DNA of 64,000 nucleotides from Chiloscyllium plagiosum (lineage: Eukaryota), in assembly GCF_004010195.1 (NCBI RefSeq), contig NC_057719.1, positions 44,549,678 through 44,613,677 of the forward strand. Direction: 5' to 3'. Positions 37,790-47,788 of the stretch are shown here, in pieces (the stretch's first letter is position 1; each line of letters opens with the position of its first letter). The translations under genes and the position numbers were made by a program. The notes under the pieces are model-generated. The model had not been told where the DNA came from, did no database searches, and worked only from the letters and a program-made list of their open reading frames with translations.

Positions 37790-38400
37790 CTTTGCATTTA
37801 TGGAGAATACAGAAGAGAAGGAGTTAAAGAATGAGGTGGTAGTGAAGGAAAGAAGCCAGATTTGTCTTTGCTCTCCAGGATGATCCCACAGGGATGATCA
37901 GTTTTGATGAGAAAAATAAGGTCCATGTGGCACTTCATCTAGTCACATATACAGAATGAAGCACCCTTTGTACTTGAAGGAGTGAAGTTGGTGGATATAA
38001 CAGGGTGGTGGAAAGTAAATATTCTGTGCAAGAACATCAAAGGTACTCATGAGTGAGTTGATCAAATGCAGTTTTGAGAAATATAAGGTAGTTCTTGTTG
38101 GTCCGAAGGGCCTGCTTCCACACTGTAGGGAGTCTAGTCTAATCTAATGAAAGTTTCAATCACAGATAAGGATATGGGATTAGGGAGCACACTTGAGATG
38201 GCAGAGAGAGGGGTGGCTGTGAAAATTAAGAAAATTAAAAATGGAAGAATGAGGAAGTGGTAGTGAAATCAAGAGAAATAAAAACCATGGTGAGTTGAAG
38301 TGAAGATCACAGTGGATGAGGAATTGCTCAGTGCAGAGGCTCAGTGAAGTAAAGGAGAAGGAAACCTCCAAACAAAACTAAGGACAGTTCAAGGAGAATG
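37790..38400 (-). mobile_element. Old L2-type LINE fragment with a SINE tail inserted at about 38095-38148
   Basis: Purine-rich degenerate LINE-like sequence; the insert ggtccgaagggcctgcttccacactgtaggg...ctaatctaa matches the SINE tail. Confidence 0.45.
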
Positions 38401-38578
38401 GAGTCATGTGGGATTATTGCAAGAAAGCAATAATATTTACTTATAAGAAATATTAAATAGCTTTGAACAATATATTGCATGCAATCTATGGTTGTATTAT
38501 AATCAAACACAACTTTTGTTATCTCTTAGTACCATGATTTTGTTTCTGAATGAAAATTTTACAATTTTATTTTGTTAG

Positions 38579-38790
38579 AAGGAAAAATGCCACCAACCAA
38601 GTTATTGAAGCCAAAAGATTGGCGGTTTCAGGAGGAGGAGGATGAAACTGAAGATGATCTGTGCTCACAAGCAGATGAAAGCAGTAGTAAAACATTTGAG
38701 AAGGCTGTGGTGAATGATTGTGGAGATTACTTGAAGCAGAATGTCAGAAAACGTACTAAAGAGCACACTGAAAGAGCTGATGACTCCTGA
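38579..38790 (+). CDS. TMX1: TMX1 coding exon 8 (acidic cytosolic tail, RKR motif, stop)
   Basis: ttgttAG acceptor, in frame with exon 7; KGKMPPTKLLKPKDWRFQEEEDETEDD...VRKRTKEHTERADDS*. Exon lengths sum to 888 nt = 295 aa + stop. Confidence 0.88.
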
Positions 38791-40920
38791 TTTTAACAAC
38801 AGACTAAAATGTAAGGTGACTGAAGCTGCAATGCTTTTGTAAGGCATTGACGACATTTGTTTAAAGCAGTGGATTTATGAGCCAAGGCAACTGTACATTA
38901 AAAATTTGAGATCAGCTGAGATGGGTAATAATATTGTACTAAGATTGCTTTTACTGCTGCAGGCTTTACCACAAAATTGAGAAGCTTAAATTGTGAAAAC
39001 AAGTTTTGCATGCTCTTTTGAGTCTTCCACACTTTCTTGGTTGTACAGCCAATTTGGTATTGAGTCCTTTATACATTGTTGGGGAAGGCTTGAAGTGGAG
39101 CAATTATAAAATTACTATTATGGCAGTATCCTTGATATAAATCTAAAAATGCGTATCTCCCAAGCTGCTTGCTAAATGGTTTTGTTTTCCAAAATGGCAG
39201 TTTAAAATGTGACCTATTAACTAATTATACTTGCTCATGTGGCAACTGATTTCTGCCTTATTACTGAAAGTAGTTATACTATATGTTCCAGAACAATGCT
39301 ATGTTATTTCTCTGTTAATTTTGCTTTCTTTTATTTCAAACGATAAGCTGATTTTTTAAAAAACTCAAAAACAGCTATTGATAACATTTTTGGAATTTCT
39401 GCTTATTAACCAATAATTGGATTAAAAAATCCTATAATCTTGTATTTCAGTTGGGTCTAAACCCTTTATCTGTCACTGCCTCACATTTATTTAAATTTGC
39501 TATCCTAGGTTCAAAGTTTCTGTTCATCAGTCATTAACTGTATTGAAATTTCTTTCTCTTGAACCTTTTATTAATCAAATCTTTGTCATAATATAAACAC
39601 TTGGTAAACAAACCAGCCTATTTATTAATGTATGTTCAAATCTAGAAGCAAATTGGGCATGAAAAGATTAGTTGGTTCATCATATCTAATTGTAAACATG
39701 TGATTTTTTTTTTTAGAAATTGTGTGAAAATAATCATTGGTGGCCTAAATTTCACTGAATTCTTGAAGTGCTGGTTATAAGGGGCAGGAGTTTTAATTTT
39801 ATAAAAAAAAGAGTAATAGCCCTTATTTTTCAAAAAGCAAATAGCCAAAATTGCACTGCAATGAGCTCTTTAAATCAAGAAGGACCCTGGTCTTTGGTGA
39901 GTGACCTGACCTGTGTGGGATTTGAAATTTTGGTTTGATTAAGCACCATAATAAGCTTCAGTGTTCCTTAGTTAGGGAGGATAAAAATTAGCCCAGCTTT
40001 CTCTCATGACTGCTACCAATGATTCCAATATATCTAGACTAATGTTGACTTTTATCCTAATGGCTTATGCTATCAAGTATCCCCATGATACTCAGGGTTC
40101 AACCTCAGATGTGGAAATTGGCCACAAATAAAATTTTAGTTGAATGCTGAGGCCAGTAGAAATATATTGAGCATGTTGCTGAGAGTCATAATGAAAGAAC
40201 CTTTTGATTAGGTAAAAAGTGCTGCATTTTAATCTACTATTTAATAAGAGATGGGATGCATAAAGACCAAAAGTTTCAGGTATTTGTACTCCCATTGCCT
40301 GTTTATAAATAGTATCTTCTCGTGTGGGAACTCATCAGTAATTTAAAAAAAACGTAGTTTGACGAGGGCTTGTGGTTTCAATTAGGAACTTGAGGTTCGC
40401 CATCAAAAGCACCAACTAGTTTACAGTGTTTTATTTGTGTACAGAAATATTTTCAATGGGCATAGAATTTGCTCTTAAAATGTTCTTTTTCTGTAAAATA
40501 GGTGAAAAATATGCCTTTTTGTATTTTTGGTTTAGAGTTAAAACTCTTTAATAGTGCCATTAAAATCTGGTACATTAGTGCTGTAGTTTTGAATGCCAGA
40601 AAGTAAATTCTGTTGCTAAAATTACACACTCCGTATGCAGACAATAAACATCTGTATGAATGTGATACATACAATGGATTTACTGTAAGTTTTGTTTGCT
40701 GTGGTATGACTTTCTTTAACCACGTCAGATGTATTTAGCTGTCAGAGGTGTGTGTGATACTTTTGAATTAATTATTAGACATAGTGGAATAACAGACTAA
40801 TTCCAAAATTCATTTATTATTTACAACTTTGAGAGTATATCTGAACGCATGTTCCAGACTCTTGAGCAGATTTTTCTTTTTGTTGGGGAGCTTATGTTTG
40901 AAAAGGGATGGAGAATAAAA
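38791..40920 (+). other. TMX1: Probable TMX1 3' UTR with candidate polyA signals
   Basis: AT-rich, largely unique sequence after the stop; AATAAA at 40127, 40643 and 40914. The true end cannot be fixed from sequence alone. Confidence 0.5.
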
Positions 40921-43046
40921 TTGAAGAAAAACATTTTGTAAATAGCTTTGTTCTGACAATATTGTTGTACGTTTATAGGAAGTGCCTGACAACCATTTGG
41001 TTATGTTAGGCTGACATATCTTGTAAGGTCTTTTTTGTCTTAATTTGTATAAAGCTATTTCTTCCAATGATATTTGTTTGTTTTTCCTTTTGATTCTCAA
41101 AAGTTTATAAAAACAAAATCAAAAAGTGTTAAATGATTTTATATTTAGTAACCACAAGTGAGTTGCAGTTAATATTCAGCTGAAAACTTCTAGTTCAAAG
41201 TGGATTATTTGCAGTCTAATTGTAATTATAAAATATTAGTGATATGTGTAGTGGAAGAGTCCCTTGTGGAATCTCATTTAGGTTTGGATTGTACTCTGGA
41301 TATGAGGAATGGATGACTCAATACCAAATAGTATGTTTAAACAACAATTTTATTAAATAGTTATTGAAAGTTATAAACATTTAAAATAAATGAGAAGAAA
41401 ACTGTTTGTGTGTGTCTATATGTAAATAAATTAAAAGGATGGAAAAAAAGAGACAACTCTATTATGGCATAAATAATTTCAAGTTGTACATGACAGCTCC
41501 CCAAAATTGTACAATTCCTCTTGGTATATGTCCGCTTGGTCCTGTCTGCTCAGTGACATCGTTGATATTCCTTCCGCTGTTGCCTTCAATGGTTGAGGAG
41601 ATTAGTCCAGCTGTAGCCCTGAATACTAGAGACTGTACACTCTTTAATTCCAATTTCTGGCTCTGTTCTAACCTTTTGATACCCTTATCCAGACCTTGTC
41701 AAAACAAAAGTCTGAAAGCTACGAGTCATTTTTAAATTCACTCCACAGGCAATGCAAACTTTCAGTCTTTGCTGAACTCAGACTGCTTTTCTATAGTTTA
41801 GTTGAAAAAGACATATTGTTGAAGTTTTTTTTAACTTATCAGGGCAATTTGCAAGAACACAAAGGAAAAATGATTTATAATGCAAGAAAGGAGGCTGCTA
41901 TTTGGGTGGCAAGTGGGATCTGATTGGTAATGCTATTGCTATGAAGAATCCACATGTTAATTCTGGTTATCAAAGAACTGCCAGTCTTTATTTATATTTT
42001 TAATTGAGTAGGGTTCTTGATATTCTGTGGTGGTGTCTCTAAGTTTGAGCCAGGATGCCTAGTTCAAGTACTGCTTGCTCCAGTGGTGTGTAATAACATC
42101 TCTGAACACACAAATTAGAAAATATGTGTTTTAAATCAGGTGGGTTGACTGTGTTCAGGGCACTGCCTTGAGAAATGACCCACTGGTAGGCCATCTGGGT
42201 CATATCAGTGAGTTAATGTAGAGTAACTCATTGGGAGATCTAGCTTGTCCCGAAAGCTTTTCATTTAAAATATAGAATCTAGGAAAGAAATCAGATCCAA
42301 TATTTCTTGAAATAACAATAATTGCTGGAGAAACTCAGCAGGTCTGGCAGCATCTGTGAGGGGAAAAATAGAGTAAACTTTTCGAGTTCAGCGAGTCTTC
42401 ACACCTTAGGTAGCTAAGAAAAATTGGTATTAATGCTGAAACTGAAATGGGGAAAGGGAGAGGTGAGTAGATAGGTGAAGGCGGAGCTGAGAGTTATGAA
42501 AGGGGTAGGTAAACGAGATTATAGATTGCTGGCTGGAGCAGAAGAAAAGCTGAACAAGTGATAAGCAATTTGTTGAACTCGCAAGAGAAAAAATACTGTG
42601 GGATCAGTGCTTTCAATCACTGAAGTTAGAGAAAAATTTTGAAAATGTGAGGGAAAGTATGACTCCAGAAGAATACCAGAATAGTATTCTGGGAGCTCTT
42701 AAAACATATTTAGATAAGGGTAAAGTATCAAAAATCTAAACAGCAGCAGTTTTGGTAGATAGCCATGACATCCAAGACAGTCATGTACTGGTAGGGAAAT
42801 AGTGATTATGGGAATGAACATTGGAGGAATAGAAAATCTGGAGATGGAAACAGCATTAGTTTTAGGTAGCAAGCAGAAGAACACCAACGCAATAAGACAG
42901 ATACTAGCATCTAAAAGTGATGTGAAGAAAATGATATGCTATTATTACAATAAGACTGGACATGCTAAAGTTAATTGCTTATTTTAAACCAATAGAGATA
43001 TTGCAAGATACTGGAGCAAGTCAGTCATTGATGCTGAATGACAGGA

Positions 43047-44640
43047 CTACAAACTAAGAGCAGGAGTACACCTTCTGGCTCTTCGCGCCTGCTGCGCAGT
43101 TCTATAAAGATCATGGCTGATCTTTTCGTGGACTCCGCTCCACTTACCCACATTTTCACTGTAACCCTTCATTCCTTTATTGTTCAAAAAAATCTTATCT
43201 TAGCTTTAAAAACATTTACTGAAATAGTGTCAACTACTTCACTGGGCAGGGAATTCCATAGACTTACAACCCTCTGGGTGAAGAAGTTTCTTCTCAATTC
43301 AGTCCTAAATCTGCTCCCCCTAATTTTGAGACCATGATCTGGTTCCAGATCAGTTCAGGTAGAGACTGCCCCATCAGTACAGACACTCCTGTTCCAAAAC
43401 TGATGCCAATGCCCCATGAAATGGAACCAGTCTTGCCCATACTGCTCCCTTAGCCATGTGTTTACTTTGATTTTCTTATCCCTAAGCCAATTTGCACATG
43501 GCTCGGGTAGTAATCAGAGATTATGACCCTTGATGACCTGTTCCTTAATTTTGTTACTAGTGCTTGATAATCCCAAAACATGTCCTCCTTCCTAACCTTT
43601 CCTATGTTGTTTGTCCCAATTTGGACCACAACAACTGGATCCTTCTCCCCCCCGCTCCAATATCCTTTCAAGCCGGTCAGAAATTAGATTAGATTAGATT
43701 ACTTTACAGTGTGGAAACAGGCCCTTCGGCCCAACAAGTCCACACCGACCCGCCGAAGCGTAACCTACCCATACCCCTACATTTACCCCTTACCTAACAC
43801 TACGGGCAATTTAGCATAGCCAATTCACCTGACCTGCACATCTTTGGACTGTGGGAGGAAACCGGAGCACCCGGAGGAAACCCACGCAGACACGGGGAGA
43901 ATGTGCAAACTCCACACAGTCAGTCACCTGAGGCGGGAATTGAACCCGGGTCTCTGGCGCTGCGAGGCAGCAGTGCTAACCACTGTGCCACCGTGCCGCC
44001 CATAAATGTCCTGCATGCTGGCACCGGGCAGGCCATGTGTGACTCCTGATCCAGCTTGCAAAGGATACTATCTGTCACCCTAATTATAAATCCCCAAAAA
44101 CTACAACTTGTCTTTTTGCTCCCCCCTTTTGAATGGCTTTCGACGTCATGGTGCCATAGTCAGCTGGCTCATCCTCCCCGCAACCCTTTTCCTCATCAAC
44201 ACAGGGAGCAAGCATCTAGTACCTGTTGGACAAAGTCAAGAGCTGAGGCTCCTTCATTCTTGACCTCGGAATTCTCCAACCTGCCTCACTTAGTGTCACA
44301 CCCTGTTGTTCCTGATCGCTAACTGAATTTCAATTACTTAATTCTCCAGGTGTGTCTGCCTCCTGAAACAAAGCATCCAGGTAACTCTTTCCCCCTTCCG
44401 GATGTGCCACAGTGTTTGAAGCTTAGATTCCAGATTATCAATTCTGAGCCAAAGTTTCTCAAGCAACCAACACTAGCTGCAGATATGGTCACTGCAGTTC
44501 ACAATGGGATCAGCCAGCTCCCACGTCATACAGCTACAGCACATCAGCTGTACAGCCATCTCTACTTAGTTAACTACTTTACTAATTTATATAAATTTAT
44601 GAGTTAATTTCTAATGCTTCTCTGCTATACCTTTTTTCAA
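43047..44640 (-). mobile_element. Internally deleted CR1 (ORF1 esterase joined to the 3' end)
   Basis: DPVVVVQIGTNNIGK..RVIIS ORF1 motif at 43462-43671; CR1 3' end at 43047-43335; ORF2 is mostly absent. Confidence 0.75.
43684..44001 (-). mobile_element. Young full-length tRNA-derived SINE (HE1-like)
   Basis: GGGCGGCACGGTGGCACAGTGGTTAGC head, B box GGTTCAATTCCC, intact CpGs, (TAATC)n tail. Confidence 0.95.
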
Positions 44641-45384
44641 ACTTACTGCAGATGTTACAATTTGTTTTCCAGAGGGGTTAATAATGGAGAAAAATATTAA
44701 TTGGAAGCAAACACCGGGGTTTCAATCCCAAAATATATACTTGGATTAAAGGGTGATTTAGTAAATGGAGGAGTTGGAGTCAAAGTAATGCAACAAACCA
44801 CTGTAGAAGAAATAGAGCAGGTGCATCCTGAATTTAGAGAGTTGTGCCATGCAATGTACTCACATACTTAAGTAGAGCCAAACTTGTTTGTTATCAGTTT
44901 TATTAGCAGTATTGTAACAGATAATCAGAATCATTTAACAGGTGAGGATGTTTTAACAAGGTTTCCTGAAGGCACATATTTGGGGGGAAATGTAACAGAA
45001 ATGACAGTGGAAAAGTTAATCTCATTTTTTACAGGACATGGATTACCAAAAGAAATACAATCAGGTCAAGGTTACAAATATTTAAAGAAATTATGTATAG
45101 TCTGGGAAAAAGCAATTCACATCTTCAGCTTATCATCTACAATATCACAGAACATTGGAAAGATGACATCAAAATTTAAGATTCAGGATTAGAACTACTT
45201 GTCAAAAACATCCTAATGATTGAGATAAGGGAATTTATTTTCAACTGTTTGCCATCAGGGATGCCCCAAATGATTACATAATATTCGGTCCTTTTAAATT
45301 GACATTCTAACCTGTGTTGCGAGGAAATGTAAACATAAGAGACATTTGTAAACCAAACCTTAGAAACCTGTGTCAAGTTTCTGA

Positions 45385-45546
45385 AATGATTTAGAGGTGC
45401 TGGTGTTGAACTGGGGTGGACAAAGTTAAAAATCACATAACACCAGTTATAGTCCAACAGGTTTATTTGGAAGTACAAGCACCGAAAGATTGTACTTGCA
45501 AATAAACCTGTTAGATTATAACCTGGTTTGTGTGATTTTTAAATTT
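45385..45546. repeat. Short inverted-repeat insertion, probably a fold-back of PLE termini
   Basis: Arms 45422-45478 and 45490-45546 are imperfect reverse complements; TTTCTGA at 45378-45384 and 45544-45550. Confidence 0.7.
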
Positions 45547-46879
45547 CTGAGAAACCAACCAAAGCATGAGTTAGCCAAAAAAGTGGAAAAATCAGTGAGT
45601 GTGTCATGTTAATGTATTAATGTTATTTCATGACAGGGATGACAGCCACTACAAAATCATATTTGGAGTAGTGAAGGAAGTAGCGAGTGAGATTTAATAT
45701 GAGTGATTGGAGAGTGAATCAGAAATTGAAAATTCCGAAATCAATACTCCAGTAATCAGTTTGGATAAAACAAGATGCATTTGAAATATTCAGTTGAATA
45801 TTACGCCATGTCCTAGTAAACTATTGAAATTACTTATAAAAGCTACTACATACTCATAAATTGATTTATTTAAATAGAACAGAAGCATGAGTTTTGTTAT
45901 ACATAATGTTATTGTAAAGGGTACTTTACCCATGAATCAATATCCTTGCAGATTCAACCCAAGGAAATTAGCTCAAGTGAACAAAGAGACTAGGTTTCTG
46001 ATGGATAATGATATTATTGAACTGAGTCATAGTTGCAGAAGCTCACTTATTTTGTCAAAACAAGAGATTACAAGGATTATGTATAGTTTATCATAAATTC
46101 AATATTGTACTAAATGAGGCTTCCTTTTCGACTCCATGATTGGAGAATTGCATTGAGAAGATTCTAAAAGCATAGTTCACTACAAAGATTGACATGTTAC
46201 AGGGATAGTGGCTTTTATAGCACTGGCTGGACTTTATCATGGACAATAAGCTGGCATTAAAAAATTCACCAGCAATCTTTTAATGATTAGTCAACAAGGT
46301 CATCAAAGGATTATGCAATGGTGTTGTAAGTTAGATGACTATGTTGTGCTCTGCACTTGATTGAACAGTTTCATTGATTACAAAGAGCAATTTTTTGGTC
46401 AGACATTTGGTGAAATGAATTGTCAATGCAATGGTGGCTTATTTTGGATACACTGACAGACAAGGTTAAGTAGCACCCAAAGAAGCAAAAGAAGCGATCT
46501 TGATTTTTCCTGTGCCTGAAATAGAAGAAAATTCGGTGGTAATTTAGTATGAGTGGGCTTTATAAAATGTTTCTTTGCGTTTCAGCATTGTGTTGGCTCC
46601 TTTGACAAATTTATTATAAAAAGGCAAGACATTTGAATGATCAAAAAGTTGTTTTTTTTTTTGACAATTTGATAGTTATACTGGTGACTGCCACACCAGT
46701 TTTAGTAACCTCAAATTATGCTAAGCTAATAAGAACTAGCAGTTAGTGCCAGTGACATTGCGGTTGGCACAGTAGTGGGACAAAATGGCGATCAAACAGT
46801 TACAGTAGTTTGTTATTTCTGTGGAAAATTGAATTCATGTCATGAGACATATTCAATGATTGAGAGTGAGAGATTGAGT

Positions 46880-47788
46880 TACAGGAATATTTAGATGGAT
46901 TGGTCAGAAGGGCAGATCAGTGGTAGATGAAGTTAGCCCTGATAAATGTGAGGTGATGCATTTTGGAAGAAGTGACACGACAAGGGAAACTCAGAGGAAT
47001 AGAGGGATCTTGAGTGCTTGTTCACAAATCCTTGAATGTGGCGAGACAGGTTAATACAGTGCGAAAGTGAGTACTGCAGATGCTGGAGATGAGAGTCAGA
47101 GTGTGGAGCTGGAAAAGCACAGCAGGTCAGACAGCATCCGAGGAGCAAGAGAATCAACATTGAAAGCATACGGCATGCATGCCTTCATCATTTGAGGTAT
47201 AAGTTATGAGAGCAGGAAGATTATGTTGGAGTTGTACAGAACTTTGATTAGGGCACTGCAGTTTTGGTCACCTCACTATAGGAAGGATATGATTGCACTG
47301 GAGGGGGTGCAAAGGATATACATAAAGCTGTTGTTTGGGATGGAGTATTTTAGCTATGAGGAGAGGCTGGATAAGCTTATGCTGTTTTCTTTGGAGCAAA
47401 ATAGGCTGAAGGGGAAACTTGATTGTGGTATATATGATTATGAGGGGTATGGACAGGGTGAATAGAAAGAAGTTGTTCTTCTTAGTTGAACCATCAAAAA
47501 CAAAGAAGCATACTTCTAAAATGACAGACAGAAGGTTTTCAGGAGATTGAGACAAACATTTTGCACCCAGAGGGTGGTGAGGGTCTGGAATGCACTGCCT
47601 GAGAAGGTCCTTGAGGCAGATAACATTCTAACCATTAAAACATACTTGGATGAACACTTGAAGTGTCATAACATTCAAAGCTATGGCCTAGAGTGGGAAA
47701 GTGGGACTAGTATAGGTAGTAGTGTATTTCTGGCAGTACAGGCTTGATGGGCTGAAGGGCCTCTTCTGTACTGTATGATTCTATGAGT
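46880..47788 (+). mobile_element. CR1 LINE 3' fragment inserted in the Gypsy RNase H, containing a PLE tail at about 47064-47161
   Basis: MLELYRTLIRALQFWSPHYRKDMIALEGVQR; CR1 tail; TGAGT on both sides; RNase H reading resumes afterwards (LVLAL.HF). Confidence 0.85.

Noticed and set aside
23228..38790. Calling the gene TMX4 or TMX2
   Set aside because: The active site is CPAC, and the size (295 aa) and short tail fit TMX1; TMX4 has CPSC and TMX2 has SNDC
43920..44001. tRNA gene (also near 15135 and 19230)
   Set aside because: The A and B boxes belong to SINE heads followed by a SINE body and tail; no standalone cloverleaf with a terminator
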